Origin: Camelus ferus
Lineage: Eukaryota
DNA: 60,000 nucleotides
Direction: 5' to 3'
Assembly (NCBI RefSeq): GCF_009834535.1
Contig: NC_045696.1
Coordinates: 5,148,001-5,208,000, forward strand
Part shown: positions 13,419-26,230 of the stretch, piece by piece
Layout of the letters: each line of letters starts with the position of its first letter
Position numbering within the stretch: position 1 is the stretch's first letter
Notes under the pieces: model-generated
What the model was told of the DNA's origin: nothing
Seen by the model: only the letters and a program-made list of their open reading frames with translations
Database searches by the model: none
Program-made: the position numbers and the translations under genes

Positions 13419-15037
13419 CAGATGGCTAGGCAGATCCAGGGAGCAGTGCATCGCCTCCTAAAAGCCAGTCACCACTGACCGCACGCCGGAGGGAGGCCTG
13501 CCCGTCATTTCTGTACACAGTAACGACCCCTGGCCAGGGATGCAGCCCATTCCTTGCAGGGTCATCCATCACCAAGAGTCGTTGACCTCCCGGTGCTGCC
13601 TGACAGCTTGGTCGATGGCATTTTCTAATTATTGGGGAAGTAGAAACTGGATGCTTTAAAGAGCTCTGGGCTCTGCCAACAAGAATCCAATAGGAAAATG
13701 CCATCAATTTTCTAGCCAGAATGAACGGTTAACTTCACAAACTGACAGCGCTTGAAATGACCCATTAAAATTGGAAGCCCAGCCCCACAGGTGCCCTGGG
13801 CGCTCCTGGCCGGGCTGCGCGGTAGAAGCCGCAGCACGGTGTTCTGGATGAAGAACGGGCGTGGGTGTTGGGCCTCTGACACCAGGTCCAATCGTAAGAA
13901 CCTGTCTCGGTGGAAAGGCCACCCTATCTGCGGGGGGGGGGGGGGAGGGCTGCGGGCCAGGACCCCCAAGCTGAGCCCCGGCTCCCCACGCTGCAGTACC
14001 AGCCTGGGCTGCACCACGCGCAGAGTTCCTGCAGACTTCCTGGCAGGGCTGCCTCTTTTTCTCTGCCAAGAAATTTTATTCTAACTTCAAGAGGTTTTCC
14101 TTTCCTGCCAGAGCCCTGAGTAATTGGATTTTGTAAGGTTCATTCTGTTCAGGGCCTTTTTTGGGCACAGAAGTCTAGCTGTGTTGTTTATGACTTTCCC
14201 ATCACCGTCGCGTGTCAGGGCAGGCTGCAGCGTGGTCCCGGCTGACTGGTAAACTCACAAGAGCATCATCCCAGGCTGCAGTGCCTGAAAATGTATGAAA
14301 AATTTGTACATTCTAACCCACTTTCCCTTGGAGTCAAAAAGCTCCTAAGGAAGTGTGAAAAGTATCATAACAAAGTAAGGAAAATCTTGAGACGATCCAA
14401 TAGTGACACAAAGCCCAACCAACCACTCCTTCTCCAAGCACCAAAGTCCTCCACATCACCTGCACCCAGGCTCCAGCTCCCTACCTTCAAGTGCCTATGC
14501 TGATGGGACCTGGGGAATCTGACAAGGGAGTCATTTTGAGAAGTCTGTTAAAGGGTGTTCTAGCGTCGTTAAAGCTCAGGAGACGAGGGGAGAAAAGTAA
14601 CACACTGCAGAGCCATTTCAGTCCAGGAATCAAGACACCCTGAAGACAGGTCTGTCTGCTCCTCCCCCACCTCCCGTCTCAGACACCTGCCAGGGTCAGA
14701 ATGAGAGGTGACCCCGGGATAGACCACCGCCGTGTAGTTTTTCTAGGACTGCAAACAGAGCTTATTTTAAATGGCAGTCCCGTCCCCGGGTGGTGGTGAC
14801 ATGGCAGTTGATGTCTCAGTAGAGCTCTTGACAAACACATAAATCCCAAACTCTTTTAAATGGGACAGCCGCCCAGCAGGCTCCCCAAGTCAATGTTTGC
14901 TTGATGAGGAGAAACCGAGTCCCAGGAGAGAGGAGGGACCCTGCTGTGGTCGTTCTCTTTCATTCATGCTCCAAAGCCAAGCCCTGAGGGTGATCGTCTA
15001 TTTTAGCATTCCCAAGTAATTCTAATACAGTGCTTGA

Positions 15038-15310
<273 letters not shown>

Positions 15311-15689
15311 TAGTCAAGCATCAGTTAACCTGTGTGAGTGTTGTCCGTGCTGAGCATGCGTTAACGCTGCGTGCCTGTCCAGTACAAGGCGGGGGAGCTT
15401 CTCAGCCCTGCGCCTAAGAAACGAATAGTGATGGTAACGTCGTTGGCTGGGACGTTGAGCTCTTACTGTCTGATTTTAGCTATTAGTAAAATTGTGTCAG
15501 TTGAAGCCAGTAACTCTTGGCATTGGTTTATTCTGAAAGTGTTAGCAATTTCAGGTCAAGTTGTTACTTGTTTTTATTTAGACTGCATGGGAGAAGAGTT
15601 AGCGTTAGTGGGTATCTGCTCTGTGCCAGGACTGGGACAGAAGGGTGAGGTCATGTCTGTTACCTTTGCAACAGCCCCGCAAGCCACCT

Positions 15690-15835
15690 GCTTGCACAGT
15701 GGATATTAGAGCCCCTGTTTTATGGATGGGAGAACTGAATCTCACAGAGGTTAGGGAACCAGCCCAAAGCTGTACACATACTACATCGTAAAACCAGGAT
15801 TCAGCTGCAGGTCTGTCTGTCCTCCAAGCTCATGC
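15690..15835 (-). mobile_element. MIR SINE
   Basis: cccctgttttatggatgggagaactgaatctcacagaggttaggg... is the MIR core in antisense. Confidence 0.65.
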
Positions 15836-16744
15836 TTTTTCTCCAGAACCATTGTTTGAGAAAAATACACTTCTGGCTAATCTGGGATTATGTTTGGTTT
15901 AGTTATTAATATTTGCATCCATGTTATATGGAAATAAATTACTGCCATGAAATTAAATCCCCTAATACGTATCTAGAGTTATTAATTAGATTCTTGTTCC
16001 TTCATCATTGAAATTGTTCCTAAATCTCCTTAAAGACCGAGAAATTTAGGTCCCGATGATTATCTTTTGGGAAGCTTTGATGTCTAGCTTTTAAATCATT
16101 AATCACTCTCTTTGCAAAAACTTACATTCTTAGAGCACTATAATTAGAAAAGTAAATATTATACCATTGACGGCTGTTCTTTACAATGTCTGACTTAGGA
16201 AGCGTTTGTAAAGTGCACTGAGGTTTATGCAACAAATGGGTTGGTTCCTGAATACCACCACGCTCTGTAGAAAAACAGTTCTGCAGTCACTGAAATTCAC
16301 TTGAAAACTGTTTTCAAGAACTCTCTAAAGGCGTCTCTCAGTCCTCCCCTCTGTGTAACCTCACCTCCTCCCTTCTTTGGTGACATGAGTCCATTCTGAA
16401 GACATAAATGTGGTGTCAGTGAGGATTTGCTTGCGAAGAGGCAGTGTAGGACCGAGAGCCTTGCTCTTAAACACTGCTCCGAGGTCCCTGGCATTCTCCG
16501 GCAGCTGTCTTTTCCATCCCGAGCTGCCTGGGCTGCTTCTGGCTGCTTCAGGACGCTGCGCTGCTGGGTTTCTGAGCCACTTACTGCCGTAAAGCCAGGG
16601 AAAGATTCGAGACCCCAGGGGACTTGGATGGATGGATGGATCGTTGACCTCGGCCTTCCTTTGTCCCAGTCAGAGCGGAAGTTAATGGAGACATTAGCAG
16701 GAGAAGAAAAAAGAGGCAGAGAAAACAGGACAGATGCGCCAGGT

Positions 16745-16930
16745 AGCTGGCTCCCAGTCTTCTGTGTGCAGCGGAATTACCCCGGTGCGTGTTTAAAACA
16801 CTCATTCCAGGCCTCCACCCCTAGGGAGTCTGATCCTCTTGGTCTAGAGTGGGTGCCGGGAATCTGCACTGTAACAGCCACCCTGGGTGATTCTGTGCTG
16901 GTGGCCTGGACCCCTCGCTGAGAAACGCTT
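16745..16930. mobile_element. MER5A-like hAT-Charlie MITE
   Basis: ggtctagagtgggtgccgggaatctgcactgtaacagccaccctgggtgattctg...ctgagaaacgct. Confidence 0.7.
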
Positions 16931-17369
16931 CCCCAGGGGTTAGACGTGTGTCACACAGAACCCCAGGAACCGTGTCTGCTCCCCTTCAGGGCTGCCACAT
17001 GGAAGCCCTCCAGCTTGCCGGGCTCCCGTCACATCAGTCCTTCCCGCCAGGTGAAAGGAAGTGCCTTTCCACATCCCTGTCCACGCTGAGTGAGCGGAGA
17101 AACACACAGAGGCTGGTCATAAGTAGTGAAGGCCAGAGAGGGGCCGCGACGCCCCAGCCCGGGGAGCCTTCCGGCCGCGCCGTCGGCCCCAGAGCAGAGG
17201 GAAGGCCGACGTGACGGCCGTTCAGAAAACCCGCAGAGACCGGCGTCCGAGCCACAGGCAGAAGTCCAGCCAGGGGGAGGTGTGTGGCAGGCCCGAGGCC
17301 GACGGAAGGGGCGTGGAGGTGTCTCTCTCATGGCTCCAGGGGTGTGAGCGTGCTTGGGGCACGTTAAGA

Positions 17370-17900
17370 ATTCCTTCATTCAAACTCAGAAGTGTTTATT
17401 AAGGAATGACTTTCCATGTGGCTCCGGTGCTCAGTCGATGGGGGTACCTCACAAGGCGCAGAGAGACATTCACTGCATCTCAGTGGAGGAAGCCAAACCT
17501 TAAATAAGAAACGGAAGCATTTATCGGTTATCAGTTTGTACTAGGGAAAAATAGAACAGACTGATGTGACGGAGAGTCCGCGGGGCGGGGGGACCGTGGG
17601 CGGCGCTGCTTCAGTCTGAGGCTCCGGGAAGACCTGCACGGCGGAGAAGGTGTGAGCCACGGCCTGCGTCACCAGCGGGAGCCGGCCTGCCAGGCAGAAG
17701 GATTGGGAGGGAGACCTAAGGCATTTTGGGGACAGAAGTGGGATGAGAGTGCAGGGATCGAGGGGGAAGGGGGTGAGGATGGGCCAGAGACCCGGCCGCC
17801 CTGGGCTGGTAGGACCTCGCCCTGGACCTTGCAGGCAGAAGTGACACGTTTCCATTCCATCTGAGCAGGTTGGGGCGCTCGCCCGGGGTTTGCGACGGTC
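17370..17900 (-). mobile_element. L2 LINE 3' fragment
   Basis: Begins ttccttcattcaaac...gtgtttattaagg (antisense L2 tail), then a degenerate L2 body. Confidence 0.45.
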
Positions 17901-18927
17901 ACATCCCATGGAAACAGCTACAGCCTGTAGAATGGTGCTGCTTTCATTTGTGATGAACTGAAATAATGTTTACAAACACAAGGCGAATCTACTCAAATTT
18001 GAGCTTCAGTCTCTAGTTCCAAAAAAAAATAGAGTTATTCATTTAGCATCTGCAGAACTTTCTCCGTTAGGAAAAGATCTCTGGGATCATTTGTTCATCA
18101 GCAATTCCTTGAAAACCGCATTGTGAGGGTCTAAGAGCACTGCGTTTTTTATTTGGAAGCAGAAACGGTGCGTGTCTCGCCCCCAGCAGGTTATCCCGGA
18201 GGCTGAAGCCTTGCGCTTTCGGAAGCCCAGTCCGCTGCTTGCTTCTGGTGCCCCAGAGCTTGTCACCTGTGCCCAGGTGTTGCCCCGGTGTCACCTCTGT
18301 CCCCTGGAACAGGTCCCTCTCACTGCGATCTGGCGCATTTGCAGAGATCCATGCATGGTCTGTTTCCTCAGCTACAGAAGACATTCTTCTGTTGTAATAT
18401 GTGGTTATTGTAGGAGTTTTTTCCCTCTGGTCTTGTATTTTCCTCTGTATATACTGGTGGTTCTCGGTGCCAACAGTACATCAGAACAACCCGGGAAGCT
18501 TTTCAAAGTACAGACACTTGGGCTCCAAACCAGGGCTAATAAATTAACTTTTTATTATTAAAATTTTTTATTTTTAAGGAGAACACTTAAAATATGTTGT
18601 TTGCACACTGGAATGATTGCATCGTAGAAGTTACGTTTCTAAGCATTTCATTACTTTGCCAAAGAGTTGCAAAAATTCTAAGCACGAGGATGGGAGAAGT
18701 AACAGTGATGTGCTGCTCCTCTCCTTCAGCCTGTGGGAGCTCCCGCCTCGGCTGTGTCCTTGGCTCTAGCCACTTCTCGTCCCTCCTGTGGGTTAGGGCG
18801 CACTCGGAAGCTGGGGTTCTACTCACGCCAGTGTCCCCAGCTCCTGCCACAGGGTCCAACACACAGTGGACCTTCAGTAAATACATTTAAGTACTGCCTG
18901 ACTTCAGCTTCTGAAGTAAGAGTAAGA

Positions 18928-19457
18928 TGTTACAGGAAAACGAGGCGTGAGAGGATAGCCATGTCCCAGGTCTCAGGTGTGTCCCTGGGATGTGCCCTGA
19001 CCAGAGGGTCCTTGGCTTTGAGCAGGAAAGAATTCGAGAGCGAGCCACAGTAAAGTGAAGGCCAAGTTTATTAGAGAAATGCACACTCCGTGGGCAGAAT
19101 GTGGTCCGTCTCAGAAGGGAGGGCAGTCCCGGGGGCAGGGTGCCTAGTTTCCATGCTCTGGGGGATGTCATAGGCTAACAGGTGGGGGACTGTTCCAGCT
19201 GTTTTGGGGAAGGGGCAAGGGTTTCCGGGAGTGGGGCCCTGCCCACTTTTTGGCCTTTCGTCGGTCCGCCCAGGAGCTGTCAGGGTGCCTGGAGGAGTGT
19301 CGTTTAGCAGCTAATTATTACAATGAGCTCGAGGTCCACTGGAAGTAGAATCTTCCGCCGTCTTGGGCCCAGTAGGTTCTATCTGGTTTTGGTCGTATCC
19401 TCAACGGCTGTGTCATTCTTTTAAAGGTTTTTCCCTGCCCCCTTCCCTCCTGTCTCA
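18928..19457 (-). mobile_element. Solo LTR, ERV1-like, 530 bp
   Basis: TG...CA termini (tgttacagg...cctgtctca); flanks aaga/aagg (4-bp TSD, one mismatch); tttatt at ~19067 is AATAAA on the - strand. Confidence 0.8.
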
Positions 19458-22400
19458 AAGGGAATGGAAGAGAAAGGATATTTAGAATTTTCAATAGGAG
19501 TTGGGCAATCCCTTTCTTCCCCCTTTGCTCTCTGTTTCCTGAGACGTCTGACCGCCTGGGTGTCTGTATCTCCTTACCCAGTTAGACGTGTCTCTTTTCA
19601 TATGTACTCAGCTCCTCCCAGGACACTTTGCAGAAACTTATCAGTGATATCATTGCTTTGGAGAAACTGAATCCACTTTTTTACTCACAAATTATGCAAG
19701 AGTACAAGACATGTGAAGCGGTCAGTATTAGATTTGACCCAGGCTTGTTTTGTCATATTTTCCTGGAAGTCATCCATTCACTCATCATTCGTACATTCGT
19801 GCAAAGAGCATTTACCAAGCACCCCTGGTTTACACAGGGCTGGACTGGAGAGTGAGCAGGACATGGCTTCCATCCTCCCCAGCTCTCCTAGTTAAGACCT
19901 TTCAGCATCGCAGGTGTCCCTTAGTATCTAGTTTTGTGGGCTTTAATGGGTATCTTTCTGTCTAACTCTCCAAGTTGAGTTTCTGGCCTTCCTGATCAAC
20001 CTACCAAATCTCCCGTCACCATCTTCCCATTAAACAGGACATGTCCCATCCCTTGTCAAGTGCTTGTCACTCAGGAATCCTGGGCGAAGCCCCAGACTGA
20101 CTGCGCCCCCAACACCTGCAGGCCCCAGCCCGCCAGCCTCACCCATGTCTGCCTCCCAGCAGCACTGGTGGTGGGTGATGTCCTCACCCCAGTCTCAGAG
20201 ATGAAGGAAGTGGGCACATCGATGAGGTCACAGCCAGCGAGCAGTGAAACCGAATCAAACTCAGCTCGCTCCCAGGCCCTGCTCTCAGCCCCTCCAAGCT
20301 GCCTCTAAACGGGGCTGACGCTTCTTAAAGGACATCTAGGGACATAATAGACTTTACATACATATTAAATAAGGAAAGCTGACGACATGGATTAAATCTT
20401 TTTTGTTGAAACTTTTAAAACAATGCATATTCTGTCCCCTCAGATGGTACCAGACATACTGCAGGAAAATACCTGATGGGGTGAAGACAGTCTGGTGTAC
20501 AATAAGCCCTTGATGAATATTTGCTCATTAAATAATAGGAATGTTCAGGCCTGCCGGCTTCATCTTCTCTGCGAGACAACTGGTAATTCATCACGCAAAT
20601 CCGAGGGCTCGGCGTCTGTAAGACATGAAAAGCAACAGCAGAGACTGAAAGCAGATTAATACCATCGTCACAGTACACGTGGCATGTTTTATAACCCTAT
20701 TATCCACAAAATCCTCTCTTATCCCAAGTTCAGGATAATTAAAATAATTTGATTCAATGAGCAGAAGCTTCATTCAGGTTCAGACCCAGGGCTGAAAGGC
20801 CAAGAGTTATTTATATCACTCACCCTCTGTTCGTTGGCTGTTTAGCAAGCATGATGCCTCATCACTAAATTTTATTTATATTAGAATGTTGGGGACCCAA
20901 ATAATACTTTCCCCCCGGGGGCAGTAAACCCCAGCATTTATTTGGTTAATGGATTTACCTGTAAGGTCCAAAAAGGAGGCTGCCGATGCCGTCCAAGTAA
21001 CAGTTTTATTTGAGCTGCTGTCCCAGAAAAGTTCAGTTCAGGTACAAAACAGCTCCAAAAAATCTGATTATTAAAAAAACAAATGTGTCAACTCCTCAAA
21101 TATTCTACCCACTGAGACAGCTTTGCGCCTACGATGCTTGCTTAGAGCAGAACGAACAGCAGGTAATACCGTGGCCTCCTTTCCCAGCGCTATCAGGCTG
21201 CTGGTAAATCTGTCCTCATCGAGGAAAAACAGGGGTCATGAACAAAATTAATGAGAAGGTTTCCGGCCTGAGTAGAGGCTGAAACTTGCAACTTGATCAT
21301 GAAACTTTCCAAACAGGGTGATCTCGGCGGGACAGGGCCGTCCGCGTGAAAGCCGCGGCCGCACCACTGGTGGGCGAGCGGGGCAGGAGGGACGCAGTCC
21401 TGAGGGTTTGGCGAGTTTGAGGAAATTGTGTCCCTGAAGTGGGACTATCAGTCTGACCCCCTCTTTCACAAGCATCCACGCCGGGAGCAAACCTGATTCA
21501 CAGCTGTAGTTATAAGAAACTTAAAGAAGAATAAAAATGAGAACCCTGAAAACTTATGTAAGGGACTGGGTGGTTTTCTGGAAAAGATTCATTAGCATGT
21601 AAATAACAAGCTCCCCTGTTTAAGCTCCACTTACCGGGCGGGCGGCAGCGCCTGGAGGGCACTTAGCCTCCACCCAGGCGAATGTTTTTCTATCTCTTTG
21701 AGGATCTCTCTCTCTCAGCATTTCAGCAGAGAAACCCAATTATCATTCATACCTTGCTGTCCAGAGAGCTTGGCGTTCTAGCATAACTCATTTACATTCT
21801 AATCAAGGCAAAAAAAAAGTCTTCCAATAAAGTCTTCCGTGGAATTTTGCAAGTAACGGATGAAATATGTCTTAAAAATCAATGCCCCGGAGAATTATGC
21901 ACCAAGGCGGTGCATTTTGATGAACCAGGAAATCTTAAAATATATTGATTTGGCTGCCATGTGAATGCCTCTCTCCAGGATTGTCGAATGATGGATTAGG
22001 TTCAAAGTCCAATAACTAGAAACTTGCAAAAAGGAAAATCCTCCATTTAAAAAGAAAGTCACTCCATGATGTTCAAGCGTCTGCCTCCCATGACCCAACA
22101 TGGAATTATAAACGAGTGAGGGTCTGCAGACCCTGTACTAGGACACTTAGATGTCAGGCGTGAGGATGCTTACAGCCAAGTAATGGGTAATCTCTGAACC
22201 GACAGGTGGAGTCCTGAGCTCCATTTTTATCACTTAACAGCTGTGTCATTTCTCCTCTCTGAGCTTCCATTGCCTCATCTGTGAGTGACCCTGAGCTGTT
22301 CACCCAGGGGGCTCTGTGCCGGGGGTTGCAGCAGGCTCTGCGGGATGATCCAAGGATGTAACCCTTGCCCCCGTCCCCAGGAGAGACTTTCAGGCTCATA

Positions 22401-23082
22401 AACACACATAATTGAGTCTGGGTAATAAGGCTATGGGCCGGCCCTCTCGATTTTGTTCTTTTGAAATCCAATTATTAGTAAGCAGTCAGTAGAGGCTGCT
22501 GTGTTCAGAAGTGGCCCAATCATACTGAAATATTGTTGCATAAAATTCCTCTATGAAAAGCAGCAAATTCCAAAGTGGAAGAGAAGTATCTAGGACCTTA
22601 TGTGGCCTTTGGGCTGGATCCCCAGAAAAATCATTCCAGGTAACTGAGCCTCTCCCCTTCTCTACAGAGTTCCAGAAAAGGCAAGATCGTCCACTCCAGT
22701 GTCCAACATTCTGTGCTGTTGGAACATCTTTTTTCTTAGCTCAGCAAGGAGTTGAGCTAAGAACCCAATCCACGCCATTGACCTGTTGTCTCTGGTTCCA
22801 GGTTTAGAGACCGTGAAACCCATCTGGCTCCCGCCTCTGTTTCCAGAAACCTGTGTGTTTCTGAAGATGGTGGACCTGTGAGAGCCAGAGACGCATTAAC
22901 CCTTTGCTCCCCACACTGAATAACCCAAGTCTTTGTCCAGGTTCGGACAAGTCCATTGAAGAGATGCTACCATATGCAGAGAGATTAGAGATCTCTCTTC
23001 CTCCTGCTCCAGGAACTTGCAGTTTAATTGCTGAATAAAAGGCAATGAGTAAATACAAGACAATACATTCAGGAGACACCTG

Positions 23083-23528
23083 CTTACTTTCCTGTAGCTG
23101 CTATAGCAAAATCCTACAAACTGGGTGGCTTAAAAGAACAGAAATTTGTTTTTGCACAGTTCTGCTAGCCAGAAGTCCAAAGTCAAGGTGTCAACAGGGC
23201 CATGCCCCCTCCGAAACCTGCAGGGGCGGGCCCATCTCTGCCTCTTCCTAGTCTGCGGCAGTGGCCCGCAGTCTTGCAGGTGCATCGGCCTGCAGCTGCC
23301 GCACTCCAGCCTCTGCCTCCATCACCCCACGGCTCCCTCCTCCCTGGTCTATCTCCTTGTCTTGTGAGGACACCAGGCGTGCTCGCTCCAGGACCCACCT
23401 GACCCCAGTCTGACCTCATCTGAACTAATTACATCTGCAATGACCCTATTTGCAAGCGAGATTGCAAGTCTGAGGTACTGGGGATAGGATGTGCGCATCT
23501 CATCTGGGGGACACAGTTCAACCCCTTC
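23083..23528 (-). mobile_element. MaLR LTR (MLT1C-like)
   Basis: caaactgggtggcttaaaagaacagaaatt...ctaattacatctgcaatgaccctattt...gggggacacagttcaaccc. Confidence 0.85.
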
Positions 23529-23869
23529 AGGCAAAACCGTAGAAAGGAAACCACCTGAGAGCGTATTTGGCCTAACTCCCTCCTTGGACAGAAGGTGGTG
23601 ATTCTCAGGAAGTGATATGAGGGGGTCATGAAACTATTCAAAGCCAAGAGCAAGACTCAAATCTGTAACTCCCTGAGTCCAAATGGAACATTCTTTCCCT
23701 ACAGGGCTGGGTTAAGTGTTTAGGTATCACGTGAATGTTTCAGGCCGACCATAAGAGAAAGGGGCAGTCATGGAGGGCTTCCTGGAGGAAGCCACCTGCT
23801 GGGTGGGTCACAGGGCTGGGTTGGGAGCACCCCACTCAGCACCTTGATCACGGCTCACCACCTGCCTAG

Positions 23870-24208
<339 letters not shown>

Positions 24209-25388
24209 TAACAGTTACCAATGCCACTGTACAGCAGTGGTGATGTCCAGGGCCTGGTGAATTCTGCAGACAGAACCAAGGGAATCTATTCTGCAGGCGT
24301 CCCGAATCTCAGACCCATGTGCTCTCCCCCCTTTTAGTTCCTGCCCTGCTGAGAAAAACACAGAAATGTCTTAATGTTCTCCCACATGGTTACAATCATT
24401 CTGATTATACCCTGAGGGCGTCTGCCCCGCTGCCACCTCCAGAATGAAGACGCTGCACTTGAAGTTACATGACAAGGTCACGGCCCCCTCTCTAGGGGAT
24501 GTGGCTGAGCCATTTGACTGTTAAACAAGGGCTGATGACAAGGTAAGTCACCTCGTCTCTGCCAGCCACCAGCCAGATTTCACTCTGGAGAGGAGACAGC
24601 CTGAGTGTAGCACTGGGTGACCCTCCCTCCCCAACCAAACTTTAAATTTTGAAAAGAAATTATATCTCAACTTAATAGCTGTAGGGAGCTTGAATACTCG
24701 TTTTCTTTTGTTCTGGAGGATATACTTCAAAAATAGTCTTCCAGAGGTGGGGTGTCACCACGTACGTTTATTTTTATGCCAGTTACTTCTGTTACAAGAA
24801 GCTCAGAGTTCCACAGAGGTGACTTGAGAACTTTTTAGTGAGCTTACAAGGCAGAGATTCATCTCCCGGGCTGTTTTCTGGGCCCCAGAAACGGTGGCAG
24901 ACACAAAGGAGGAGCCGGGGTCTGGGGACTTCTGCCCAGGGGCCAGTTTCCCTGCAGTTCACAGCTTCACGTCTGACCATCACTGCGTCTTCCCGCCACG
25001 CGGAGGCCTGAGCAGCTGAGCGCAGAGCTCGCGGCCTCCCCGCCGAATGAATGATGCTCTGGGGTCCGAGTGGACTCGCGAGACAGAGCGGGGGGTGGAG
25101 GGGGCACTGCAGTTCATTTACGCTGGCTCCCCGTTGTCTTATCTAGAGGCAGAACTTTGCCAGGGGAGTGTCTTCCTGATCCCAGGGTATGTCCCCGGCT
25201 GGGGACCTCTGACTCCAGGGATTCAGTTGACACCCTGAGGCCACTTTGCTGAGTCTCAAGAAGCTTGCCTCACGGTGACAAAGGCAGTCCTCAGACAAAG
25301 ACCCGGGAGTCCTGCAGGGTCGCATGGTGTCCGGGGACAGAGCGCCCCAAGCCCCAGAGAGCCACCGGTCAGTGCAGACCTGGGCTGA

Positions 25389-25880
<492 letters not shown>

Positions 25881-25884
25881 TGAT

Positions 25885-26230
25885 TTTGTTTATGAATCAG
25901 AAATTCAGCCTGGGCTTCGTGGGGATGCTCATCTCGGTTCCAGCAGTGTCACAGCGGGGTTCAGTTAGGGCTGCAGGAGCCACTTTCAAAATAGCTCACT
26001 CACATAGAGAGTCGGTGCTGGGCACAGCGTCCCTAGAGGGGCTTCTCTGCGAGGTGGCTCATGCTTCCTCACGTCATGGTGACTCAGTTCTAGGAGCCAA
26101 CGTCCCAAGAGACAGTGGAAACTGCCAGTTTCTTCAGGCAGGGCCTGGACACTGACCCATCACTTCTGCCCTAGGCAGCCCAGATTCTAGAGAGGGAGCT
26201 CTCTACCGCTCAGTGAGAGAAGCGTCAACA
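25885..26230 (-). mobile_element. Old MaLR LTR fragment (MLT1H/J-like)
   Basis: gaatcagaaattcagcctgggc...ccactttcaaaatagctcactcacat...catcacttctgcc. Confidence 0.5.

Noticed and set aside
23791..23802. CTCF-like motif (CCAGCAGGTGGC on - strand) upstream of exon 31
   Set aside because: Partial match next to L2-like sequence; such matches are common by chance.
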